Positions 23,390-36,379 are shown, numbered from the stretch's first letter. The stretch: 64,000 bases of DNA from Anthoceros angustus (GCA_010909165.1 MU008167.1:1488001-1552000); one strand, 5' to 3'. Made by a program: numbers and translations. Notes: generated from the letters alone by a model not told the origin.

Positions 23390-24660
23390 ACAATGCTCAA
23401 CATATTGTATGTAACGATATTGACATCCATCTGCCGTTTTAAGGATTCGGTCATGAATCTGCCTCCCTGCCTGTAGTGCTCCAATGCTTCCAAATGCAGT
23501 CAGAGTACTCACAAATGTAGCCATGTTTGGAGTTACGCCTAGCTCCTGAATGCTCTCAAACAGATCTAGAGCTACTTGACCATCTCCATGCTGAGCATAT
23601 CCTGCAATCATCGCACCCATGTCACCACACTTCTGGACTGTAACCTGTCAAACACCATGCGAGCACACTCTAAGCTCCCACACTCGGCATACATGTCCAC
23701 TAGCGTGTTTCCAACAAACATGTCCGTTTCCAGTCCCTTCTCTACGATCAGCGCACGAACTTGCTTGCCCTTCTGCACAAAACCAACATCGTCACATGCT
23801 TTCAAGATGCTCACGAATGTGAACTTGTCTGGACTCAAACCGTCCTGCTGCATGGGGTTATACAGCTCCAAGGCCTCCTGACCATGGACATGCTAGGCGT
23901 AGCCTGCAGTCAGCACTTCGTGTTACAATGTCTCTTCCTGGCAATCTGTCAAACAGTGCACGAGCATCCACTCAACTGCCACAGTTGGCATACATGTCCA
24001 CCAGAGTGCTGCCCACAAATATACTGGACTCACAGCCGCTATGCATGACAGCAGTATGAATGGCTTTGCCAGCTGTCAAATCAGCACTGCTCGCATATTC
24101 TTTCAGAACTGCAGCAAACACAAATTCATTTGAACAGCTCTAGTATTCAAGAGTACAAACTAAATGCTCAAAGCTATACCTGTAAGGCGGCACACATTCC
24201 TGACCAACAGCTGCATCGTTGTATGCTTTACATGACCCAATAGGACTTACACCATTCCCCCAATGATCCACCGACAAACCCTCCCTAACTGCCCTAGGCG
24301 TGAGCTCAGAACACTTGGGCTTCTGTGGTGGTCACCCAACAATCAGCTCCCCTAGCAACACCTGCCAGTCCTCAGTGACCTGCATAACTCCACTAAAAAG
24401 AATCCTCGTTCCACATCAAAAACATCCGCAAATCAAGCTTACCTCACAAACCCTATCTCCCCACCACTGAGAAGGATGAAGCAGCAGACTCTTAAGACCC
24501 CAACACCTCCCCACCAATCGACCCATCTGTAACCCACTACCGTAAGGTCAAGCTTCCCTGCACCCGCAAGCCGCAATCAAACTGATCACATCCCTAAATC
24601 CGGCCCCTCACCCAGCCTATCTCCCAGCTTGCCTCGCTCGGGGGCAGCCCGCAAGCTTGA
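23390..24660 (-). pseudogene. PLS-class PPR pseudogene
   Basis: ORFs with AMIAGYAQHGDGQVAL..TPNMATFVSTL and SPDKFTFVSILKAC...VGNTLVDMYAECGSLE; N-terminal SLLLHPSQWW at about 24450-24500; many frameshifts and stops. Confidence 0.88.
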
Positions 24661-24689
24661 TATTCGCCGGTACCAGTTCTCCAGTGGAT

Positions 24690-25400
24690 TCAGAGGACTG
24701 GACCTGCCTTGGACCAAGCCCGAAACAAGAAGAGAAGCCGTTTTGAAGATGGCGAACAATGTGGGCGTTTCTCAGGATCATTGCTCTCCAGAAGACCTTG
24801 GAGATGATTTTAGTGCCACTATGGCAAATTGGCAGTCGTTGCACATGCGATCAAAGTAGTCCCTTCTAGACTGCTGAACAGGCCAAAGGCCAATGTTACC
24901 TTAATTCTCAGCATGTCCACGCAAGGCATCCTCCTTTTCCCACTCTAACACTGGCTACAGCAGCAACTCGGTGTGCAGAACATGGCCTTGCTCCTTCAGG
25001 GAAAGATTCAGGCCTCCTCAGTTTGGAATCCAGGCCTGTGCAGGTTTCTGCATGGCACCCTTTTTCTTCTTGTCCACCTCCTCCGACATGCCCAGAATGG
25101 AGCTGCGTACATCCAGGCTCATGGAAAGCATCTATCAAGATGCCGGTAGGTGGGAGCTCGGATGTGGATTATCTCCAAACCTTAAGAAAGTCTGCTGGTG
25201 CTTGCAAGAAGCAATCAAGCTTGGGCGCGGATTGAAGTAAACAGCAGGTCCACACATTCTCTGTGCGGGAAGTCGAAAGAGATGACTGACATCTCCTCCA
25301 AGCTAAGGAGCGTCAACATGTTGTTGGAGGAAGAAGTGGGACATTTGCAACAGGCAGGGTCTCAGGTAAGCAGGATGGCTTGTGCGGACATGCTCACAAA
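24690..25400 (-). pseudogene. E-domain / DYW:KP remnant
   Basis: Minus strand: MQKPAQAWI, EWEKEDALRGHAEN, LAFGL, RMCNDC, HSGTKIISKV..RAMILRNAH.VRHLQNGFSSC. Confidence 0.82.
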
Positions 25401-25694
25401 CTACAATGGGCCTAGGGACTGTTAAACACTTCAGATGGCACAACTTCGCTGGGCTTCTGTCCGTGTGGACCAGGTAGCCATGAATCAGATGCAGCCGAAT
25501 TCGACTCCTTCCGAAATTCTTCCGAAGGTGACCGCTCCCTGGTTTTGCTGAAGATGCACGATCGATGCTCCGATTGCAGAACATGGTCAGAAGTCAGAAC
25601 TGCACTAAAGATGTAGCACTTTGGAAGTGAGAAGAAAATGAGGAACAACAGGATCAGGATAGGCTAACCCAAACTGAGACTGACCCAAACTAAA

Positions 25695-25767
25695 GCATGA
25701 TGCAGGGAATCGAACCCACATTTGTGGATCTGTAGGCCAGAGCCCTTAGCCATCAGGCAATCCGACC
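25695..25767 (-). pseudogene. Degenerate tRNA-Arg copy
   Basis: 73 nt, starts GGTCGG, intact B box GGTTCGATTCC; stems and anticodon loop eroded. Confidence 0.7.
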
Positions 25768-26044
25768 ACATCACACATGCACTCCTAATAATATAAATTT
25801 CTCATTTTCTTCGAGGTGAAAACGTCGGCACCATACAACATGCGACATGACCATGTTTCCGACAGGGCACAGTTCCAGCCCATTCAGGTAGATCAGGTTG
25901 TGGCAAGGTTGATCAGGATGCAGTTTGTGAACGAAGCTTTATATGTTACAAAGAGCGATGCTTCTCGTCGGGAGCAAGCCAGGCAATACGGGAACTGCCA
26001 TATCCGAAGTCGCTCCATTTCAAGCTTGGCCCCACTGAAGAGAC

Positions 26045-27450
26045 CACCAAAGTGGAGCCTTGTGGAGTGTTGAGCAGGCCAAAATCAATGCTAGATTCTC
26101 AGCATGTGCACACAAGGCATCCTCGTTTTCCCACTCTGATCCTGGCTTCAGCACCAACTCAATGTGTGAACATGACCTTGCTCCTTCAGTTGACGATCTG
26201 TAACAGGCTCTTGAGTTTGAAATCTGGATCGTTCCCCGCTTCGCCAACTGTGAATTCGTGCAGATTGCTGTCCACCTCAATCCAGGCCTCTGCAGGTTTC
26301 TTCACGTGAGCACATACACAGCTGCTCGTGTAGGTTCGAGTTCCACTATACGGTCGAAGCACCTCCTTGCTCGATGCACACCCCCGTGGTTCTTGCAGGC
26401 ACTGAGCAAAGTTCTCCACCCAACAATGTCATGCTTAAAACTGGATGGTCGGCTTTGTAGACTTTCTTATGCCCCATCCAAGGGGCCTGACCGGCCAAGA
26501 AGATCCACGATGCAATTGTAGTGTTCAACACTTGGGGAGATGCCGTACTCACTCTCCATGCTTTGAAAGTACTGCAGACCTTCATCCACCAAGCCCACGA
26601 GACTGCATGCATTGAGCAAACACATAAATGCTGCACCATCAGGTTCTTGTCCTTGTTGAAGGATCTCTTGAAAGCATTGAATGGCAATTCTGCAGCGATT
26701 ATGCTGGCCATAGCCATTGACCAAAGCATTCCACGTTACAGCATCTCTAGTAGGCAGCCTATTCAATGCTGGCACATGCTTTCAGAACTGAGGCAAGCGT
26801 AATCTTGTCTGGTTTCACACCACTTCGTTGCATGTCCTCACAAAGATCAACAGCTTCTCTAGCGAGCCCAGATTTTGGCTACCCTGATATAATGGCACCC
26901 CTTGCCACCCCGTCCTTGGCCGCCAACCTGTCGAAACTTTGTGTGCCTCCTCCAACCTTCCACATTTGGCATACATGTGCACCAGAGTGCACCGAATCAC
27001 ATCTGACTCCAGTCCCATTTTAGGGATTCAGGTCCGAATCTGCCTGCCTGCCTGCCTGTGGGTGCTCCGATGCTTCCTTCCACATGCTGTCAGAGTGATC
27101 ACAAATGTAGCCATGCTTGGAGTTACGCCTTGGTCCTACATGCTCTCAAACAGGTCTGGAGCTACTTGACCATCTCCATGCTGAGCATATCCACTAATTC
27201 CACTGAAAAGAATCCCCATTCCACATCAAAAACATCATAAGATCGAGCTTACCTCACAAACCCTATCTCCCACCACTGAGAAGGATGAAGAAGCAGACTC
27301 TCCCCAAAAACCTCTCCAACAACCCGCAATCAAACTGACCACATCCCGAAATCCGGCACCTCACCCAGTCTATCTCCCAGCTTGCCTCGCTCAGGGACAG
27401 CCCGCAAGCTTGATATCCGCCGGTAACATCTCTCCAGTGCATTCAGAAAA
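26045..27450 (-). pseudogene. PLS-PPR-E-DYW:KP pseudogene, the most complete relic
   Basis: HPSQWW motif about 27250-27300; LVHMYAKCGRLEEA; RDAVTWNALVNGY...EHYNCIVDLLGRSG; KKPAEAWIEVDSNLHEFTVGE; EDALCAHAENLAL. Confidence 0.88.
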
Positions 27451-28395
27451 CTGTAACTGGGACACATTCAAGCCCAACACAATCACATCCCCGCAGGATG
27501 CACCAGTTTTGTTCATCGATGCCATTGCCTTCCTCTTGCTGCAGCCAGAGGACTCGCAGCAAGGCCAAGACCCAAGTGAGATTCTACTGCCCAGTAAAAG
27601 TGAAAAGGGAGAACGAAGTGAATGAAATTGACCAGATGCAGTCGTCCATCCGTCTCCCAGTCGTCGAATACCAGGCCCCATTCTGCATCCATGAACATGT
27701 GGATCACTCAAAATACGGCGATGCATCTGATGTTGGAGTCCTTTTATCGTGAATTTACAATGCACGGTTGCGGGACCCATCGGTACCTTCTCCGGCTTTA
27801 TTCCCAAATCAGCTCAGGAATCTCGGATTCTTGATCGCCCAGCAAGTCTCCAAGCCACTGCTGGCAAGCCAGTAATAGTCTGCCCAGCTTCGATTATGAA
27901 CATCAACCGGCTTGCTTGAACCTTCTGGCGCCATTTTCAAACCAAATGTACACACACGAGTTTCAGAAACGACCTCTGCGACAGACTCTGGGACGGCGCT
28001 CGTGCTGCTCTGCAGCTGCAGCAAGCATCCGCATTTCTCTCTCTGTGCCTCTGGAGTCTGGTTCTGTGTGAAATGCAGCAGATAGGCCACCCGTGGTTCT
28101 GACAGATTGCGACGGCAGCCAGGGCTTTGCGTGCAACCCAAGCTGTCCTGGGTTCGACTCGCCTTGACTCGACCTCCTGCGATTCTGCTTTTGCTCTGCA
28201 TTTGTCTCATCACCTTGCCTGGTCTCTTCTTGCCGGCATTCTGAGCTCTTTTGTGCATTTGGAGGTCTGGGCAGCGAGTGTGGAGCTAAGTCCTGGCTCA
28301 GCCATTTTCTGCTCTTTTGCCGGTCTTGCCGGCTTGCAAGGAGGCTGGAGCTGTCATGTGCGAACGCTTTTTGTGTTTGAGTGAGATTTGAAGCT

Positions 28396-31300
28396 ATGGC
28401 GGGGCAGCACAGGCCTGCGCAGGCGGAGGAGGAGGTTGGAAGCCCCGAGCAGGAGTTCTTTCCTCCCAGGGATTCTTTTTCCAGTTTCTACAGTGTGGAG
28501 AGCGATACGGCCAGGAGTGAAAAAAGTGGAAGGAGTGTAAGTGTGGAGGATGTTGCTGCGTTCCAGAGGAGTGGCAGAGATTTTCATCGGCAAAGCTCGT
28601 TGAACAGTCGAATCTTGGAGGAGGCTAAATTGGAAGGGAAGCGAGGATTCAGAAAGGTTCTCAGCAAATTCACCTCGGAGCCTTCTCCAGAATGTGCTAG
28701 TGAGGTTGTGAGGGGGAAGGAGGAGGCTGCAGATGTTGGTTCGCCTCCGGCCCCTCAGGCTGTGTCGTACTGGAGACTGTATAGGTATGCAGATGGCCTG
28801 GACTGTTTTCTGATTCTTTTCGGGTTTCTGGGGTCCATCTTGCATGGAGCAGTGGTCCCTGTAAATATGTACTTCTTCGGACGCATCGTCAATTCTTTTG
28901 GAGTTCATCAGAAAGATCCATCCAAAGCAGCTTCGGAAGTAGCAAAGGTTAGTTCCATCTGATGCCAAGGGAGATGCACCTGTGCTAGCTGCTGTAATCA
29001 TGCGGTTGTGCGTTTTGTGTTGTGGCAGACCGCCTTCATTCTGTTCATCGTGTCAATGGGCAGCCTTGTGGTCTCCTGGATTGGTATTTCCTAATTCTGT
29101 ACAACATATCTTTCTTCCCTGGTAGTGCAGCCTTTGTACGAGAGTTTGGTGCTCCATGCCTTCTTACAAGATGATGGTACTGTTGCAGAGGTTGCTTGCT
29201 GGATGCAAACTGGAGAAAGGCAGGCGGCTAGGTTAAGGATAAAGTATTTACAAGCCGTGCTCCGACAAGAGATTGGCTTCTTTGACACGAGTATGAAGAC
29301 GGGGGACGTGGTATCCAGCTTATCAACTGATACTCTCCTGGTGCAAGAAGCTATCGGGGAAAAGGTACACTGCAAAGGGGTTGCAGCAGCCAATGAGAGT
29401 GATATGTGAACATAATGAAGTGAGGGGTGGTGGCAGGTTGGCATGTACTTGCACAACATGGGAACTTGTGGAGCTGGGATAATAGTGGCTCTTATCAACT
29501 GTTGGCAACTTGCCCTTATGACCTTGGTGTCACTGCCTCTGCTTCTTGGCACTGGAGTGGTCTATGGAGGCGTTTACAAAAAGTTGGTAGCAGAAGGCCA
29601 CATCTCGCAGACTGCAGCAAGTTCCATAATTGAGCAGGTAAAGGTGTGCTCATGCTGCTGGCAAGGTCTGCATAGGGTTAACTGTCATGCAGCAGAGGAC
29701 CAAGGTAGCTCCTCTTACTGTTCTTTGGATGCAGGCTTTGTCTCAGATTCGGACAGTGTATGCTTATGTGGGGGAGGCCAGAACTTTGGCTTCTTTCTCG
29801 AAGATAGCAAAACACTCAACAAGATTAGGATTGGTCGCTGGTTTGGTTAAGGGACTAGGAGTTGGGGCAACACTGGGTATTATCAACTTCTCATGGGGTT
29901 TGGGGCTTTGGTACGGCAGCATTCTCATTGCGAGGGGGGAGATCGATGGCGGCAAAATTGTAACTACGTTATTCTGCATCGTCTTTGCTGGAATGTGAGT
30001 TCAGTGCTTCGCTTGTAGCGTGTGGGAACATTTAATCTTAGTCTTCTAGAATGACAGACTGCAGTACGTATTCTGGATGTTGGACCTGAACGGTTTTGCA
30101 TCAGGTCCTTGGGACAATCAACTCCGGAACTCCAAGTCTTCAGCCGGGGGATGGTGGCAGCACACAAGATTTTTGAGCTCCTGGACAGGGTCCCTGAAAT
30201 CATAGTGGACTCAGCAACTTGTCAGGTTCTGGAGCATGTGAAGGGCACCATCCAATTCGATAATGTCTCCTTCCATTACCCGACTCGCCCAGACGCACCA
30301 ATCTTTTCTGGCCTTTCCTTCACCATCAATGCTGGGGAACATGTGGCTCTTGTTGGTGGCAGTGGCTCCGGGAAAAGCACCGTGATCGCCTTACTTGAAC
30401 GCTTCTATGACACTACTGCAGGTTTGATTCTTGTCATCTGCCTTGTTTCTGACGTGCATGTGGATCTTTCCTCAAGTATGTTTGACACCAGATTGATGTG
30501 CAGGCCAGGTAAAGATTGATGGGATGGACATCAAACGGCTTCAACTGCGGTGGTTGAGGACAAGGATTGGGCTGGTAAGCCAGGAGCCGGCATTGTTTAG
30601 CACTACAATCGGCGAAAACATCTTGTACGGCAATCCACATGCTAGAAGAGAGGAAGTTGAAACTGCTGCGAAGGCTGCCCACGCCCATGATTTCATCACC
30701 AAGCTCCCCAAAGCTTACCATACTCGTGTAAGCTCCTGGCTCATGTTGAAACTGCCGTGGTCGCTCTGGCCCTTCCTAATGGATCACCTCTCACCCTTGG
30801 CGTCTCCAACAGGTTGGTGAGAGAGGTGTGCAGCTTTCAGGTGGTCAGAAACAAAGAATTGCTGTCGCAAGGGCAGTTATCAAGAACCCAGCAATCCTGC
30901 TTTTAGATGAGGCTACAAGTGCGCTAGATGCAGAATTACAGATGGCTGTGCAAGACGGTTTGGACATGCTTATGCTGAATCGTACCACAATCACTGTCGC
31001 TCATCGTCTCTCGACTATAAAAGACGCTGACAAGATTCTAGTGCTCAGGAACGGCCGAATCGCTGAAGTGGGTACTCACAGGGATCTACTTCTGAAAGGC
31101 AATGATGGAATCTACTCTTCTCTGGTCCGCCTGCAGCAGGCTGCCGAGGGAGGCAAGGGACAAGCAATTGAGAGGTGAACTACCCGTATGGCCTGCCACA
31201 GTCTCTCTTGAGAACTTGATAACACAGTTGCAGAATGATGCTAACAGCTCATCCTTTGAATGCAGGGCTGCCGCCAGATCACCTGCTGCGTGGTCTGAGC

Positions 31301-33464
31301 GGGACGCTGGGACTCTGTCAAAATCAGGCATGGGGTTCTTTGACAGCAACGAAATGCTTGGTCCATGCTCCACATCTGAGTATGGCACTCCTTCTTCCAG
31401 TTTGGGAACGAGCACTTCATCCAGAAGATCACCTACCTGTGGAACACCGCAGGGCTCACCTAACAAATCAGGTGAGCCCAAATCCTTTGAGGACCCAGAC
31501 CAAGTCATGAAACCTCAGGTACAGGGCCCTACAGACCACAGAGCATCCGTCCTGTGGTACATCGGGAAATCTATCCTTTCAGATGGGCTGTCCGTCCTAG
31601 CTGGAAGTGCAGGTGCAGTGGTTTCTGGAACATTGAATCCACTTTTTGCTTACCTGATGATCAGAGCTGTCGCGCACTACTACAGCCCCAACCAGAGACG
31701 GCAGGCTGATATCTCAAGCCTTGCTATCACCGGTTTGGGAATTGTGGCTATTGTTAGCAACGTAGTGCAGCATTTTTTCTTTGCAGTGGTAGGAGAGACA
31801 CTGAGCCAGCGGATGCGAGAAAGGAGTTTTGAGGGTGAGATTACCTACTCCTTCGCTCGTTTCTAGAGATTTTTAACAGAATTGTTGGCTTGCCAGCTGA
31901 TACCTGATGCAATGCAGGGATTATGAGGAATGAAGTCGGGTGGTTTGATCGGGAAGATCGTGCAAGCTCCATGATCACATCCCGAATAACGTCCAATGCA
32001 TTACTCCTGAGGAACAGTGTGGTGGATCGTTTTCCATCCTTCATCCAGTGTGTGGCAGCCATCGTTGTGGCCTTGTCAATCAGCTTCACCCTACAGTGGC
32101 GGATGGCGATTGTGTGTGTGGCAACCTTTCCGGTCGTCATGGCAGGTGGTTCTATCAAGGTATGGCGACCTCCTGCAGCTTCAGTTTTTTTGCTGTGGGA
32201 GTTATCACCCGCTGCTGACATGAGCTTCTTCTTCTGTTCAAAAACATTGCAGCAAGGATTCCAAAAGACTGGGTTTGCTGGAGACCTACGGAAATCTCTT
32301 GAACAAGTAACTGGCGTGGCTGCAGAGGCTGTAAGGAATATCAGGATTGTGGCTTCCTTCGGTGCGGAAGGCAAATTGGTAGTCATGTTCCAATCACATC
32401 TGAAGAAGCACGAAAAGATCATATTCAAGCAAGCTCAGAAAGGAGGACTGTTGTTTGGTGTTTCACAGTGCAGTATGTTTGCAGCAAACGCCTTAGCACT
32501 GTGGTATGCATCAGTATTGGTGAAACAGAGGCATGCAACTTTTGCTGCTGCCCTGCAGACGTTTCAAGTTCTTGCATGGACAGGCTACTTCCTTGCCGAG
32601 GCTGTTAGTCTGGTCCCTGACCTGGTGAAAGGGCACAAAGCGGCTTCTATTATGTTTACAGACATCAATCGGGAATCACAGATTGAGCCTGAGAGAGCGG
32701 ATGGGCAGCAGCTAAAGGTCGTGGAGGGCAGAGTTGATCTTGACAGGGTGACATTCTGCTTCCCCTCCAGACCAGAGATCACCGTTCTCAGCAATGTGAC
32801 TATCAACATTCCTGCGGGAATCACTCAGGCCCTGGTTGGGAGCAGTGGGTCGGGTAAGAGCACCATCATAGCGCTAATTGAGCGCTTCTATGACCCAGCT
32901 GGGGGTAGAGTTTTGCTAGACGGACTTGACATCAGAAAGCTGAATCTACGCTCTATGAGAAAGCACATCGGTTTGGTGCAGCAGGAGCCTCTGTTATTCT
33001 CCACCACTATCAGAGACAACATTCTGTATGGGAATGAGAAGGCATCAGAAGCCGAAATCGTAGAGGCAGCGAAGGCTGCAAATGCCTATGCTTTCATCAG
33101 CTCATTGCCGAAGGGATTCGATACGGAGGTGGGGGAAAATGGGGTGCAACTGTCAGGGGGGCAGAAGCAGAGGGTGGCCATTGCTAGAGCCGTGCTCAAG
33201 AACCCAGAAATTATGCTGCTCGATGAAGCAACCAGTGCCCTGGACTCCGAGTCTGAGAGGTTGGTCCAAAAAGCATTGGACAACATCATGCACGGTAATC
33301 GCACAACAATCGTCATAGCGCACCGACTCAACACTGTTAGGAACGCGGACAAAATCTCTGTACTGGTCGACGGGAAGGTCGTCGAGGAGGGAAAGCATCA
33401 GTTTCTGGTTAGGACGGGAGGTGTGTACTCAAAGTTGCTGGAGCTTCAAAGCCTGGGACTATGA
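28396..33464 (+). CDS. ABCB: Full-size ABCB (MDR/P-glycoprotein) transporter, TMD-NBD-TMD-NBD
   Basis: Multi-exon GT-AG gene: [25 protein letters not shown], Walker [10 protein letters not shown] and GSSGSGKST, two LSGGQKQR signatures, [11 protein letters not shown] / [12 protein letters not shown]-loops; no frameshift found. Confidence 0.95.
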
Positions 33465-33634
33465 AATTGTGGGCTGTTCATGTACCATATATCTCTAGGA
33501 CAAGTGCTAGCAAGCCAGTCCGTGAGGAGGAGAAGTACTCTGGCTTTCCTCGTATCAACTATCATCGAAAAGGATGACGGAAATACATCACCTAGGACAT
33601 GCATCTTGTCTGGAAACCACTAGCCGCACCATGA

Positions 33635-34912
33635 CTACATCTCCACTATAGCCTGCGCATTCCCTTCCGCATTCATGCGCCACACTTCCTCACAGAGCTG
33701 GGTAGCCATCACCAAATCCTTAATTTTAAGTTTGAGGTAAGCAGGTGCTTCAAAGAAGTCCTGGTGATTCCGTATTATGTCCAGAAGTAGAGACTCCTTC
33801 AGGTTTTCCCACCCAGCATTCCTCGAGGTAACCTCGTACCCAGAAATGAGATTAGCAATGTTAAGCTTGAATTGGTCGTTGTATGCTCGACAGACCTTGC
33901 CCATATACTCGACGTGGTACATCTCTGATGCCCAAAGTAGCTCCAGGGAGTGATACGCTAAATCCGCCTTCTCCAGCGACCCTGTGTAGAGAAACTTGAC
34001 AAAAGCTTGCACTGCCTGTGAAGAGACGTCCATGTAAATTGATGGCTGCTCCCCCACATTCTTGTCACGAGCTGCTGACACAGAGCCGCCACTGAAGATG
34101 TTCGATCTAGCTTCCTGTTTACCAAATTTACATGAGCACTTTTACCTCTTGCTCCTTTCCCTCAAGCTCCAAGCACATACAATGCCCATTTCAGCAGGTG
34201 CACAGGGCTGTCAGCTTACCAGGACTGCCTTATGAGCCTTCACCGCCACTCCGTCAACTGCAACTATCTTGACATCCGTAACACTCTTCTGCCCGTCTGT
34301 GGCTGGAAAGTTGCTCCATGTCTGCAGGAATGCGAGCTGGTCCATCAGCTGAGCCTTCTCCTTCTCGAGCCTCTTCACCTGCGCTTCCAGGAATGTTCCA
34401 TCTCCCTAGCAACCATGACAGCAAACAAGCGAGTTGTTTCAGCCCCAATTCCAATTGTTAAGCAGAAATGCAGGTCTATCCGTTTCTGCATTTGGACTCC
34501 AGAATTGTACCCATACTCTGGGTCTCTGAATGGAGATCCTGCACTAAAAAGTTAAAACCACCTTCAAATCCTGATTGAAATTCTGTTGCTCTGCCAGTAT
34601 CTTTGGGATGGCGTACACAGATCTGTCTTGTGGAACTCTTGCATTGGCTGGAGTAGCACTTGTTTGTCTAGTTCCTGGTCCCGCAGTCACTACTTGTTTT
34701 CCTTTAGTAAATCTTTCTTCGATTTCTTTGGGACCAGGACACATTTCCTAACACCACCACCTGCGCTCATTTCACCAGTCAAATGGGTCCTAATGCGTCC
34801 TGCTCCCCACTGAACTGCACTCCACAATACTTGCATACCATATTTGTGTTTCTCTTTGTTGGTTCCCAACAATATAAACATGTTCCCATTCCAAACCCTT
34901 AACTCTCGGCAT
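33635..34912 (-). CDS. Candidate BED zinc finger + BTB/POZ chimeric gene, copy 1
   Basis: BTB exons 34405-34220 (TDVKIVAVDGVAVKAHKAVL) and 34114-33635 (EARSNIF...FVKFLYTG) are intact; the BED exon from ATG 34912 has homopolymer frameshifts in this copy; linkage by splicing is inferred. Confidence 0.6.
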
Positions 34913-36029
34913 CTTGACAAGACTAGGTAGCTATCCTAAGAGAAAATATAGAGCTAACTTGTAAAGACTAGATACCTATCCTCAAAGAACATATGGAGCT
35001 AACCTATGAAAAGCTAGCTTAATGCAAAAGGAAAGAAGTAGTGAGCATATACATTTATTTTGATGCATTGGATCCTCATATATAGTCTTGGGCTTAACAG
35101 CTTGTCGATGTTCTTAAAATAATCTTTGACCTTCATCTCGCTCATAAACACCCTCACCTTAAGGTTTAAACCTATTATTGAATTTATTTTGAAGCTAGAT
35201 ATTATTAAAAATTAAATACATATCCTACGTAGGAATATGTATATTATGCATCCTATATTTTATGTATGCTTGGCTGCTCAAAATTTGAAAACAACAAATG
35301 TACCTCCTCTTTCCTCCTATAGCTAAGTCCATCTTGATGGCAAATTGAAAGTGTTCCCACCATGGTATGTAAGTGTTTGTCTAATCTCCTGTTCAGTTAC
35401 ACACCTCCCAGGAAAGTAGGTAGGTACTCACTCCCGCACTCATGTTATATTAGAAATATTTTGCTATGTAACGGTGAATATGGTGAACTAATCCGTACAT
35501 GTACATATAAAGATATTTCAATACAGCTATTAATTATGCATGCATATATATCATAAGTGCATGAAAATTTTCATTTACATTTTTTATGTGTAAAAGAGAT
35601 TTTTATTTAAATATAGATTTTTTGTATTTTGTGAGCGTGAGTCTTGTTGTCGTCCAAGTTGGTGCTTAGTTCTTCTTCCTTTAGTGGCTTGTAAGTAGGC
35701 TGAAGGTTTTGGGTACTTTTTGCATTAGTTGGCTCAGGAGATCCGGAGGAGTTTCGATATGTAGGCTGGAGTACGGGCATGTGAAGATGAAATGGTGTTC
35801 ATTCTTCAATCTCCCCTGTGGAGTACCAGGCATGTGAAGATGAAATGGTGTTCATTCTTCAATCTCCCCGAATGGAACGTTGTTGACAGACTCGTAGAAC
35901 TCACTAATTGTGTTTCCTTTGAGTTTCTACCTCTAGCTTTGTCATGAGTTGTTGGCCATTGTGTTTGCGGCTCGTGTTGAGTATAATTGTATGTTGTTAT
36001 CTTCGTTAGTATGGAAGCTATTAGTATGT

Positions 36030-36290
36030 GGATAGTGATGATCGCCATTACATATATGTAGATACCGATGATCGTCATTACTTATACGTGGATACAATGA
36101 TCGACATTCTACATGGATAGATCGCCATTACGTATATGTAGAAACCGACTTATACGTGGATACAATGATCGACATTCTACATGGATAGATCGCCATTACG
36201 TATATGTGGAAACCGATGATCGTCTATGTGGATACTCATGATCGGATGGCCCAGGGTGGATACTAATGATCGGATGGCCCAGGGTTTGGT
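36030..36290. repeat. Degenerate ~30-bp tandem array (GATGATCGCCATTAC core), with copies at about 39520-39680, 45280-45540 and 49060-49200
   Basis: Repeated GATCG(C/T/A)CATT...GTGGATA units; always immediately before an ABCB fragment. Confidence 0.85.
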
Positions 36291-36379
36291 GCGCGGCACA
36301 GACCTTTGCTTTGGATTCTGGATTTTTTCAGAAATTATTCTATATAATAATTTCAAAATATTGGCTCCCGTTTCTTGGG

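Noticed and set aside
17601-25767. tRNA-derived SINE family
   Set aside because: No poly(A)/simple-repeat tails or target-site duplications seen; the copies share long upstream flanks and orientation, which fits segmental tandem duplication rather than retroposition.
34600-34912. Autonomous hAT transposon
   Set aside because: Only the BED finger is present; no DDE catalytic or dimerisation domain and no terminal inverted repeats recognised.
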